Source of the DNA: an uncultured Gemmatimonadales bacterium
Lineage (GTDB): Bacteria; Gemmatimonadota; Gemmatimonadetes; Gemmatimonadales; GWC2-71-9
NCBI GenBank assembly: GCA_963730185.1
Contig: CAVSQW010000006.1
Coordinates: 64,001 to 128,000, forward strand
Direction of reading: 5' to 3'
Length of the DNA stretch: 64,000 nt
Shown: positions 30,303 to 39,595 of the stretch, in pieces
Position numbering within the stretch: the stretch's first letter is position 1
Layout: every line of letters starts with the position of its first letter
Made by a program: the position numbers and the translations under genes
Notes under the pieces: generated by a model
Seen by the model: only the letters and a program-made list of their open reading frames with translations
Database searches by the model: none
Told to the model about the DNA's origin: nothing

Positions 30303-32199
30303 TCACCCGCCGGTCCGCACCACCTCCAGAAGATCCCCGCCGTACTTGGCCGCCTTGGCCGGCCCGATCCCGTAGACGCCCTCCAAGGCCGCCAGCGACT
30401 CCGGCCGGACCTGGGCCAGCTCGCGGAGGGTCCGGTCGCTCGCCACCACGTAAGGAGGTACCCCGCCGGAGCGAGCCAGCTCGAGCCGTCGGGCTCGGAG
30501 CCGCTCGAAGAGAGCAGCGTCGGCGGGGGCCAGGGTGTCGTCCGCCGGGGCCCGTCGCCGGGAGCCGCCCGACACTCTGGCGCTCCCCGACCGCCCCGAC
30601 GCCTCGGCCGGCAGCAGCAGGCGCACCGGGCCGCTGGCAAAGAGCACCGTCTTGCCGGCCGGGGTCAGGAGCACCATCGGCCGATCGCCGGTGGTGAAGT
30701 CCACCCACCCCGCGGTCACGCAGCGACGGATCAGGGCCACCAGCCAGTCCTCCCCCTTGCCCTGAAGCGCGCCAAAGGTCTTGCTCCGGTCCAGGCCGCT
30801 CCGCGCCAACCGCGGATCGGGGGTGCCGGCCAGGAGCTTGACCGCGGCCTGGAGCCCGAACCGCCCATGGGTCCGGGCCACCGCGCTGAGCGCCTTCCGG
30901 ACCGCGACCGCCGTGGTCTCGGCGTCGGCGGGGTCGGGCTCGTCGTCGAGCGCGGCGCAGGCGTCGCAGCGGCCGCAGCCCGCCAGCGTCTCCGCCTCGT
31001 CGCCGAAGTACCGGAGGATCGCGTCGTGGCGGCAAGAGCCGCCCTCGGTCCACCGCATCAGCTCTAAAAAGAGCTGCCACCGATGCTGCACCCGGGACGG
31101 ATCCGGCGGCTGGCCGTCCACCGGCAGCTCGAGCAGGCGCCGTCGAAGCGGCAGGTCCGAGGGGCTGGTGCAGAGGACGCCGAGGGCGGGTTCGCCATCC
31201 CGGCCGGCCCGGCCCACCTCCTGGTAGTAGGCCTCGATCGAGCCCGGGGGCGCGAGGTGGACGACCGCCCGAACGTCGGGGCGGTCGATTCCCATTCCGA
31301 AGGCGTTGGTGGCCACGATCAGCTCGAGCCCGCCGTCGCGAAACGCCTGCTGGGCCCGCTCCCGGCCCTCGCCCGAGAGCCCGGCGTGATACGGCGCCGC
31401 CCGCCAGCCGGCCCGGACCAACCGATCGCACTCCTGCTCGGTGATCTTCCGGGTGGGCGCGTAGACGATCGCCGTGCCGCGGGCCTGACCCGGCGCCCCG
31501 AGGGCCTCGCTGGAGCGTCTCGTCGACCACCCGACCGGAGCCGCTCAGGCCCCGGACCTCGCGCACCCGGAGCGCCAGGTTGGGCCGAGCGAAGCCCCGG
31601 ACGATCTGCGGGGTGTCGGCCGGGAGGCCGAGCCGGGCCAGGATCTCGTCGCGGACGATCGGGGTGGCGGTGGCCGTGCAGGCCAACACCCGCGCCTCCG
31701 GCAGATCGGTCACCAGCTCGCCGATCTGGAGATACTCGGGCCGGAAGTCGTGCCCCCATTCGGAAATGCAGTGGGCCTCGTCGACCGCCAGAAGGGGGCA
31801 GCCCAGGTCGCGCGCCAGGCCCCGAAAGCCGGGGAAGGCCAGCCGTTCGGGCGCCACGTAGGCCAGGCGGTACTCCCCCCGGGCCAGGCCGGCCATCCGG
31901 CGGCGGACTTCATCGCTGCTCAGCGTGGCCGCCAGAAACGTGGCCGGGACGCCCCGTTCGGTGAGGGCCGCTACCTGGTCGTGCATCAGCGACACCAGGG
32001 GCGAGATGACCAGCGTGGTCCCATCCAGCAGAGTGGCGGGGAGCTGATAGATCAGGCTCTTGCCGCCCCCGGTGGGCGCCACCAGCAGCAGCCGCCGCCG
32101 CTCGAGGATGGCTTCGATGGCTTCACGCTGGCCCGGCCGGAACGCGGCGTAGCCGAGCCGGGCGAGGGCGGCATCGATCGCGGGGGAAGACGGAGACAC
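30303..32199 (-). CDS. recQ: RecQ family helicase (helicase core, RQC, HRDC); one extra base near 31512
   Basis: PTGGGKS, VDEAHCISEWGHDFRPEY, TATAT, YHAG, VATNAFGMGID, YYQEVGRAGRDG, Zn-binding C...CxxCDxC, HRDC VPPYVVASDRTL. Confidence 0.92.
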
Positions 32200-32207
32200 G
32201 CGGACGG

Positions 32208-32711
32208 TCAGAAAACGGTCTTACGGAAGATCGAATGCCCCATCAGTGGACGGATCAGTGCGCTCCGAGAGCGGCCCAGCAGCACCGTCGGGCCGCTCCA
32301 GCGGGCGCCGGAGTCGGCCGGCTCCCGGGTAACCACCACCAGGATCTGATTCCAGTCGACCGGCCGGACCAGGGGCGTGCCGTTGGCGACCGCGCCCAGC
32401 CGCTCCACCCGATCGAGGGCCGGCGTGGCCAGCCAGGCCACGTAACGCCCGTCCGCGGCCGGCGGCAGACCGCTCACCGTGATCACCAGGTCGTACCTCA
32501 GCGAGCCGTCGAGGTTTACCGCCACGTCGAACGGCGACCAGTGGCGCCGGAGTGCCACCTGGCCGTCGACGTTCGAGAAGCCCGTGCCCGCGATCAGGGG
32601 AAAGACCACCTGGGGCGACCGCACCGTGTCGGCCCGGGCCGGATCAGGCGCCCTCGACGGAACGCCTGACCCGAGCAGCGCCGCCAGCAGCACCACCCCC
32701 GCCATCGTCAC
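32208..32711 (-). CDS. Secreted hypothetical protein, third gene of the multicopper oxidase operon
   Basis: Signal-like N-terminus; YVAWLATP, VVVTREP beta-rich domain; GTG overlaps the LVIVD stop. Confidence 0.6.
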   Translation of the reverse strand: MTMAGVVLLAALLGSGVPSRAPDPARADTVRSPQVVFPLIAGTGFSNVDGQVALRRHWSPFDVAVNLDGSLRYDLVITVSGLPPAADGRYVAWLATPALDRVERLGAVANGTPLVRPVDWNQILVVVTREPADSGARWSGPTVLLGRSRSALIRPLMGHSIFRKTVF

Positions 32712-34066
32712 GGCGTGAGCGCCCGCGGCCCGTGATCCCAGTCCTGGACACTGGAGATGTTGGGCACGCCGTACTCCTTGCCGTTCCAACCCTTGAACCC
32801 GTCGAGCCGGAAGAGCCAGAGGCCGCTCTCCATGTCGCTCGCCACGATCAGGCCGTCGGAGTTCCGGACGTCGACGCCGAAGGCGCCGTTGAAGGGACTC
32901 TCGCCCGACATATTGGCCGCCAGCGGGTCGAGGCCCGCGTCGGGCGCGCCGTGATAGGTGTCGTAGAGGGCGACGGTCTTGGGATGCTTGGGATCGCGGA
33001 TGTCGAACACCTCGATGCCGTCCTTGTAGACCGAGGTGAACACGTAGGGCCAGCGCATCTCGTTGTTGTGCTGGAGGCCGCGCCAGTTCTCGCTCCAGAC
33101 GCCGACCTCCGACGAGGTGACCTGGACCTTGCCGTCGAGCGCCGGACCGAGATCGTAGACTCGGACCGGTGAGTAGTTGTACTCGGTCTGTCCGACCGCG
33201 ATCCGCCCGTCCGGCGACGCGGTAAGCGTGTGGGCCAGGGTCAGGCCCATGACGCCGACGATCGAGGTCACCAGCTTCGGGGCCTCGGGCTTGGTGACGT
33301 CATAGATGTAGTACCCGTTGAAGCCGGAGCCGTAGAGCTTGTCCTGATGGGTGCCCGGATCGTAGGCGGCGTAGAAGTCGTGATAGCCCTCGAGATTGCC
33401 GTAGGGCGTCACGTCGGGCGCGGTGGCCGGCCACGGGACCTCGCCGATCAGCCCCTGCTGGGGATCACCGGCGAGCGTCTTGGCCAGGTCGTACACGTTG
33501 GCGCGCCGGGCATTGACCGTCGTGAACAGCAGCGCCCGACCGTCGGAGTGCTTGTAGGCGAAGACGTTATGAAAGCCGCCCGGGGTCTCGGGTGCCCGGA
33601 TCCGAGCCACCTCCTTGACCGTCGAGACGTCCGGCAGGCCGGTCACGTCGAAGATGATCGCGCCGAGATCCGCGTCGGGGCCGCCGGGCGCGAATTGGAA
33701 CGATTGGATGATGTAGTAGCGACCCGCCAGCTTGAAATACTTCGCGTCCATGGCGCCGAGCCCCAGATGGAGGTCGGGGTTCTCGATCCGCCACGAATAG
33801 AGGAGCTTCGGTCTGGCCGGATCGGCGATCGACACGATGTCGAAGCCGAAGTTCGGCTTGACGATCCGGGAGAGGTACACGTAGGGGCGACCCGCGTCCT
33901 GCTCGACCTCGATGTCCGAGTAGGTGATCGGCGCGTTGGCGTCGGTCTTGAGCCGGCCGAGCACGTGGAGGTTCGGCGTGTCGGAGGGGGAGTGATCGCC
34001 CTGGGCGGCGAGCGGGGCGAGCGGGGCGGCCACGATCAGGCCGGCGAGGAGCAGGGATGGACGCAT
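32708..34066 (-). CDS. Secreted LVIVD-repeat beta-propeller protein
   Basis: Signal peptide; GFDIVSIADP, IIFDVT, GFHNVF, YHDFY, YIYDVTKP, LAHT, QHNNEM, GIEVFDIRDP, SDMESGLW. Confidence 0.8.
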   Translation of the reverse strand: MRPSLLLAGLIVAAPLAPLAAQGDHSPSDTPNLHVLGRLKTDANAPITYSDIEVEQDAGRPYVYLSRIVKPNFGFDIVSIADPARPKLLYSWRIENPDLHLGLGAMDAKYFKLAGRYYIIQSFQFAPGGPDADLGAIIFDVTGLPDVSTVKEVARIRAPETPGGFHNVFAYKHSDGRALLFTTVNARRANVYDLAKTLAGDPQQGLIGEVPWPATAPDVTPYGNLEGYHDFYAAYDPGTHQDKLYGSGFNGYYIYDVTKPEAPKLVTSIVGVMGLTLAHTLTASPDGRIAVGQTEYNYSPVRVYDLGPALDGKVQVTSSEVGVWSENWRGLQHNNEMRWPYVFTSVYKDGIEVFDIRDPKHPKTVALYDTYHGAPDAGLDPLAANMSGESPFNGAFGVDVRNSDGLIVASDMESGLWLFRLDGFKGWNGKEYGVPNISSVQDWDHGPRALTP

Positions 34067-34075
34067 CGTCGGGAC

Positions 34076-34101
34076 TCGTGAGTAGTGAGTGGTGACTAGG
34101 G
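34076..34101. repeat. Short run of the same heptamer family (TCGTGAG TAGTGAG TGGTGAC TAGGG)
   Basis: Resembles the left arm of the 6591-6750 element. Confidence 0.5.
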
Positions 34102-35793
34102 GTCGACCGCGAAGGCGGTCATCATGCCCGCTTCGAGGTGCTCGGCGATGTGACAGTGGAGCATCCAGCGGCCGGGATTCGTCACTTCGAGCAGGATGTC
34201 CACGGTGGACCCGACCGGGACCAGCACCGTGTCCTTCCACCCCAGATTCTGGTTCGGGACGCCGTCTTGCGCCAGTACCAGGAATCGCTGCCCGTGAAGA
34301 TGGATCGGGTGGTGCATCGGATGGAAGGCGGCCGGATCGTTTCGGAGCCGGATCTTGACCACCTGCCCGACCTTGAACCGCCAGTCGATGTCCATGTTCT
34401 CCCGGCCCGTGGCGACCTCGCGGAGGATCCAGCGCACCTCGTTCGAGGTCGAGAGCCAGTTCATGTTGGGCATCGGGTCCGACCACTCCACCGGCTGGCG
34501 ATAGATGGTGTCGATCGCGATGAACTGCATGACCTGGATCGGGAGGTCGCGCACCGCCACGGTCAGCAGCAGCTCCCGGTCCGGCAGGCTGTCGACCCAG
34601 CTCCGGTAGGGCTCGACTTCGCGGGCCACGACCGAGTCCCGGCGGAGCGTCTGGAACGCCTGGACGGCCCGCCGGTCGGGCGCCCCCGCCTCCACCGTGA
34701 TCACGCCCAGCGTGTCCACGTGGGCCACGAACTTCCCCCGCATGTGGTCGACCGTCTGGATCCGGTTGGTCACCAGGTACCGGCCCGGCCGCTCGAACAG
34801 GGCCTCGACCACGTACCGCTGGGCCGGCGCGATCGGCACGCTCCCGATCCGCATCTCTCGCTCGAACTTGCCGATGTCCGCGCCGACCAGCTTGAGCGGG
34901 GCCTCGCCGAACGCCAGGTTGAAGGTCCGCGTATTCGACACGTCGGTGAGGTAGAAGCGGACCACCTCGCCGGCGTGATAGGTCCGCTCGAAGCGCTGCT
35001 CGCCGTTGACCAGCAGCACGTTCCCGAACCGGCCCATGAGCGCGAAGTTGGCCGCGTCGCGTCCGTACGGCATCAGGTCCTTGCCGTCGATGAGGATGTC
35101 GTCGAGCATCACGACCTCCTCCCGGCTCACGGGATTGTCGTAGTCGGCCCGCTCGGAGCGCACCAGCACGTTACCGTAGAGCCCCAGGTCCTGCTGGATG
35201 TCCTCCCGAACGTGGGGGTGGTACCAGTAGATCCCGGCATCCGGAAAATGCACCGTGTACCAGAATGTCCCGCCCGGCGCCACCGGGTCCTGGGTCAGGC
35301 CGGGCACCCCGTCCGAGCGGTTGTCGATCCGGACCCCGTGCCAGTGCACGGTGGTCGGGAGGTCGATCCGGTTGGTGAAGCGCACGTGGATGGTCGCGTT
35401 CCGCGCCACCCGAATCAGCGGCCCAGGCGCCTGTCCGTTGAAGCCGTACATCGTGAAGGTGTGGCCGGCGATCACCCGCCGAACCAGCCGGGCCTCGAGA
35501 TCCAGGGTATCGCCGTCCGCCAGGTCGACGATCTTCCTCGGCTCGGCCATCGGGAGGGTGGCCGGGTCGACGCCAGTTCCGGGAAGAAACCAATCCACTT
35601 TCGGAGCCACGCCCCGGAGCCCGGGGATCATCGGCTCCCGAATCATCGGAACGATCATCCGCCCGCTCGGCACCGATGGATCGTCGGGGGCGTGCTGGTG
35701 CTGGTGGGGCTCGGCGGCCGGCGGCGGCTGCTGGGACAGGAGGATCTGAGGGAGGCCGGCCAGGAGGGCCAGCAGGGCGAGGCGGGAACGCAT
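34096..35793 (-). CDS. Three-domain multicopper oxidase (laccase/CueO-like), secreted
   Basis: VHWHG, YWYHPH, HHPIHLHG, LHCHIAEHLEAGM; HQHQH after the signal peptide. Confidence 0.95.
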   Translation of the reverse strand: MRSRLALLALLAGLPQILLSQQPPPAAEPHQHQHAPDDPSVPSGRMIVPMIREPMIPGLRGVAPKVDWFLPGTGVDPATLPMAEPRKIVDLADGDTLDLEARLVRRVIAGHTFTMYGFNGQAPGPLIRVARNATIHVRFTNRIDLPTTVHWHGVRIDNRSDGVPGLTQDPVAPGGTFWYTVHFPDAGIYWYHPHVREDIQQDLGLYGNVLVRSERADYDNPVSREEVVMLDDILIDGKDLMPYGRDAANFALMGRFGNVLLVNGEQRFERTYHAGEVVRFYLTDVSNTRTFNLAFGEAPLKLVGADIGKFEREMRIGSVPIAPAQRYVVEALFERPGRYLVTNRIQTVDHMRGKFVAHVDTLGVITVEAGAPDRRAVQAFQTLRRDSVVAREVEPYRSWVDSLPDRELLLTVAVRDLPIQVMQFIAIDTIYRQPVEWSDPMPNMNWLSTSNEVRWILREVATGRENMDIDWRFKVGQVVKIRLRNDPAAFHPMHHPIHLHGQRFLVLAQDGVPNQNLGWKDTVLVPVGSTVDILLEVTNPGRWMLHCHIAEHLEAGMMTAFAVDP

Positions 35794-35840
35794 GGGGTGG
35801 AAGATCTACCCATCACGGGCGATTCGCACCCGGTCCAACA

Positions 35841-35866
35841 GAAACAGCGGTCCGGTCGGCGTCGTA
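35841..35866 (+). promoter_or_regulatory. Putative ECF promoter GAAAC-N17-CGTA upstream of the DinB-family gene
   Basis: Same two elements and the same spacing as 14182-14207. Confidence 0.5.
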
Positions 35867-35933
35867 GTTCCAGGAGCGTCGGGGCGCCGCGCGCCCGACC
35901 GAAGGCCCCTTCATCCCGTAGCCTGGAGATCCC

Positions 35934-36545
35934 GTGACCCCGTCTCACCGCCCCCGCGCCGGCTCGCGTCGCTGGCTTGCGGCCTCGTTCCTCGTCCTCG
36001 GGTTGGGTGCCATCGGCTCGGCCCGCACGGTCGCCGCCCAAGAGGTGCTCGACCGGAAGTCGGCGTCGGAGCTGCTCACCCGCTACCTCGCCGATCTCGA
36101 CACCGTCCACGTCAAGATCGTGGCCCTCGCAGAGACCATTCCGGCCGACAAGTATGCCTGGCGCCCCACCCCCGAGACCCGCTCGGTGGCTGAGGCGCTC
36201 ATGCATGTCGCCGTCGAGTGGTACTTCTGGACTCCGCGGTCGGTCGGCGGCCAGCCCCCAGCCGATTTCGGGGCGCCCCGGGAGACCATCCCGAAACTCC
36301 AACAGACGGCAACCAAGGCCGAGGTGCTCGACCATCTCGAGAAATCGTGGGCCCACTGTCGGGCGCAGGTGGCGGGCGCGGATGCCGGGGGGCTCACCCA
36401 CCGGATGAAGATCTTCGGTCAGGACATGACGCTGCCGGAGGCGATGTTCATCATGTCGGGCGACCTCCACGAGCACCTGGGCCAGCTGGTGACCTACACC
36501 CGGTCGGTCGGAGAGGTGCCCCCCTGGAGCAAGAAGGCGGGCTGA
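35934..36545 (+). CDS. Secreted DinB/YfiT family protein
   Basis: YAWRPTPETRSVAEALMHVA, LHEHLGQLVTYTRSVGEVPPWS; signal peptide; GGAG RBS. Confidence 0.85.
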   Translation: MTPSHRPRAGSRRWLAASFLVLGLGAIGSARTVAAQEVLDRKSASELLTRYLADLDTVHVKIVALAETIPADKYAWRPTPETRSVAEALMHVAVEWYFWTPRSVGGQPPADFGAPRETIPKLQQTATKAEVLDHLEKSWAHCRAQVAGADAGGLTHRMKIFGQDMTLPEAMFIMSGDLHEHLGQLVTYTRSVGEVPPWSKKAG

Positions 36546-36567
36546 ATCCGCCGAGAGCCGGCCTCGG

Positions 36568-37161
36568 TCACCGCACCGTGACCGGGGCCGCGCCAGCGTC
36601 CGGCGCCCAGTCCTGCCGGGCACTCAGGGTGCCGTCGCCGTTCACCCGGTGCGACTCGACCCGAAAGGCCAGCAGGTCGTCGGTGTCGCCGAAGACATCG
36701 TACGAAATGCTGGCCACGAAGCCGCCCGAGTTGACCGCGATCGGCAGATCCTGCACGAACGTAAACACCCCACCCTGATACTTCGTGATCCGGGCGGCGA
36801 TCTTGCCAGTGGTCGGGTCGACGTTGCCGATCACCAGCTGGTAGTCCACCCCCAGCCCCGAATAACCCGGGTCCGTCGAGGCGAAACCCGTCGCGGGATT
36901 CTCGTCCACGTCCAGGTCGAAGGTCGCCACGACACTGTCGCCCTGGTAGCTGGCCGGGTCGAAGTTGGCCACGACCGTCGCCGTCCGGCCCGCCACCTCG
37001 AACAGTACGAAGGTCAGGTCCGCGGTGCCGCCGTCGCCGGCCACATCCGACGCCTGGCCGCTGGTCTGGCTGACCGAATCGGGCCCCGTGCTGGTGGTGC
37101 AGCCGGCGAGGAGGAGCACCACGAGCGCGGAGGGCAGGGGCCGGCGGATGGGCGGGGTCAT
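36568..37161 (-). CDS. Hypothetical lipoprotein, beta-sandwich with DxDxNxxTG motif
   Basis: LLAGC lipobox; FDLDVDENPATG resembles a Ca-binding loop of DOMON-like domains. Confidence 0.65.
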   Translation of the reverse strand: MTPPIRRPLPSALVVLLLAGCTTSTGPDSVSQTSGQASDVAGDGGTADLTFVLFEVAGRTATVVANFDPASYQGDSVVATFDLDVDENPATGFASTDPGYSGLGVDYQLVIGNVDPTTGKIAARITKYQGGVFTFVQDLPIAVNSGGFVASISYDVFGDTDDLLAFRVESHRVNGDGTLSARQDWAPDAGAAPVTVR

Positions 37162-37303
37162 CGATCCCTCTCGGGTGGAAGCCGTGGAACGCTACCACGG
37201 TACTCCGGCCGGAACGCCCGGGCAAGCGGGCCCCGGCTCCCCGAGACCGGGGCACGGGCCTATCTTCCCCGGTCTAACCTCAACTACCTCCGGGAGATGC
37301 CCG

Positions 37304-39595
37304 ATGCTCCGGCCCCTGGTCCTCACCATCCTCGTCGCCGCCCTGCCGCTCCAGGCGCAGACCCCCACCGTCACCGCGGCCGACTACGCTCGCGCGGAAC
37401 GGTTGCTCGGTTCCACCGCCAACAAGCTGGTGTATGGCGGCTCGGTCCGACCTCACTGGCTCGAGCGCGATCGCTTCTGGTACGAGAACACCATCCCCCA
37501 GGGCTCCGAGTTCATCGTGGTCGACCCCGCCCGGAAGACCCGGGCCCGGGCGTTCGACCACGACAAGATGGCCGCCGCCCTCTCGGCGGCCGGCGACACC
37601 ACCTTCTCCGCCTGGGACCTGCCACTCACCGGCCTCGCCGGCGACACGGCGGTGTTCGATCAGGGCCGGCGCGAGCTCCGCTGCGACCTCGCCGCCACGC
37701 ACTGCTCGGCCGCTTCCCGATCGCGGCCCGACCGCACCGCGATCGTCTCACCCGACGGCACCAAGGCCGCCTTCGTCCGCGCCAACGACCTCTGGGTCCG
37801 CGACCTCGCCACTGAGAAGGAGACCCGGCTCACCACCGACGGCCAGAGCGACTTCGGCTACGCCACCAACAACGCCGGCTGGGTCAAGAGCGACGTCCCG
37901 ATCCTCCTCTGGTCGCCCGACTCCAAGGAGATCGCGACCTTCCAGCACGACGGCCGGGGCGTCGGCATGATGTACCTGGTCAACACCCAGGTGGGGCACC
38001 CCGAGCTCGAAGCCTGGAAGTACCCCCTCCCCGGCGACAGCCTCATCTTCCGGATCGAGCGGGTGGTGGTCGACGTCGCCACCGGCAAGGTCACCCGGTT
38101 CCAGATGCCGCCCGACGCCCACCGGTCCACGCTCTGCGATCACGTGGCCTGCCGGGGCAGCCAGTGGACCGACGTGGAGTGGTATCCCGACGCCAGCCAC
38201 GTGGCGTTCGTCTCGACCAGCCGCGACCACAAACAGGCCCACCTTCGGATCGCCGATCCCGCGACCGGGGCGATCCGGCACGTCCTGGAGGAGATCGTCC
38301 CGACCCAGTACGAATCGGGTTATGGGAAGGCCAACTGGCAGGTCCTGCCGGCCACCAACGAGGTGATCTGGTACTCGGAGCGCGACGACTGGGGCAACCT
38401 CTACCTCTACGACCTCGCCACCGGCCAGCTGAAGCACGAGATTACCCATGGCCCCGGCCCGGTCCTCGAGCTGCTCCGGATCGACGAGAAGAACCGACTG
38501 CTCTACTTCACCGCCACCGGTAAGGAGGCCGGTGAAGATCCCTACTTCCAGCATTTCTACCGAATCGACTTCGACGGCAAGAAGCAGGAGCTGCTGACCC
38601 CCGAGAGCGGGAACCACACGGTGACGCTGGCGCCCGACGGCCGCTATCTCGTCGACTCGTGGTCCACCCCGACCACCCCGCCCACCACGGTGCTCCGCGA
38701 CGAGCGGGGCCGGATCGTGATGCCGCTCGAGAAGGCCGACATCTCGAAGCTGGTGGCGAGCGGCTGGGTCCCGCCCATCCCCTTCACCGTCAAGGCCCGC
38801 GACGGGAAGACCGATCTCTACGGCCTGATGTACCGGCCGACTAATTTCGACTCGACCCGGAAGTACCCGATCGTCAACTACCTCTACCCCGGCCCGCAGA
38901 CCGGGAGCGTCGGGACCCGGAGCTTCGTGGCCGCCCGGGGCGACAAGCAGGCCCTGGCCGAGCTGGGCTTCGTCGTGGTGGAGGTGGACGCGATGGGGAC
39001 GCCGCTCCGGTCCAAGTCGTTCCACGACGCCTACTACGGCGACATGGGCGACAACGGCCTGCCCGACCAGATCGCGACCATCAAGCAGCTCGCCGGACGG
39101 CACCCGTGGATGGACCTGAGCCGGGTCGGCATCTGGGGCCACTCCGGAGGCGGCTTCGCCGCCGCCGACGGCATCCTCCGCTATCCGAACTTCTACAAGG
39201 TGGCCGTCTCGGAAGCCGGGAACCACGACAACCGGACCTACGAGGACGACTGGGGCGAGCGCTACCAAGGCCTCCTGGTCCGGAACCCGGACGGCACTAC
39301 CAACTACGACGACCAGGCCAATCAGCACCTCGCCAAGAATCTCAAGGGCAAGCTGCTGCTGGTCCACGGCACCATGGACAACAACGTGCCGCCCAACAAC
39401 ACCCTGGTGCTCGAGAACTCGCTGATCGCCGCGAACAAGGACTTCGATCTCCTGATGCTGCCCAACCGCCGGCACGGCTTCGGCAACGAGCCTTACATGA
39501 TCCGCCGCCGCTGGGACTACTTCGTCAAGAACCTCCTCGGCGCCGAGCCGCCGAAGGGCTACCAGATCGGCGCCAAGCACGAGAGCCTGCCGTGA
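37304..39595 (+). CDS. S9B dipeptidyl peptidase IV family serine peptidase
   Basis: DPP IV propeller (SPDG, TRLTTDG, WYSERDDW), YPGP, GIWGHSGGG, HGTMDNNV, RRHG. Confidence 0.93.
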   Translation: MLRPLVLTILVAALPLQAQTPTVTAADYARAERLLGSTANKLVYGGSVRPHWLERDRFWYENTIPQGSEFIVVDPARKTRARAFDHDKMAAALSAAGDTTFSAWDLPLTGLAGDTAVFDQGRRELRCDLAATHCSAASRSRPDRTAIVSPDGTKAAFVRANDLWVRDLATEKETRLTTDGQSDFGYATNNAGWVKSDVPILLWSPDSKEIATFQHDGRGVGMMYLVNTQVGHPELEAWKYPLPGDSLIFRIERVVVDVATGKVTRFQMPPDAHRSTLCDHVACRGSQWTDVEWYPDASHVAFVSTSRDHKQAHLRIADPATGAIRHVLEEIVPTQYESGYGKANWQVLPATNEVIWYSERDDWGNLYLYDLATGQLKHEITHGPGPVLELLRIDEKNRLLYFTATGKEAGEDPYFQHFYRIDFDGKKQELLTPESGNHTVTLAPDGRYLVDSWSTPTTPPTTVLRDERGRIVMPLEKADISKLVASGWVPPIPFTVKARDGKTDLYGLMYRPTNFDSTRKYPIVNYLYPGPQTGSVGTRSFVAARGDKQALAELGFVVVEVDAMGTPLRSKSFHDAYYGDMGDNGLPDQIATIKQLAGRHPWMDLSRVGIWGHSGGGFAAADGILRYPNFYKVAVSEAGNHDNRTYEDDWGERYQGLLVRNPDGTTNYDDQANQHLAKNLKGKLLLVHGTMDNNVPPNNTLVLENSLIAANKDFDLLMLPNRRHGFGNEPYMIRRRWDYFVKNLLGAEPPKGYQIGAKHESLP

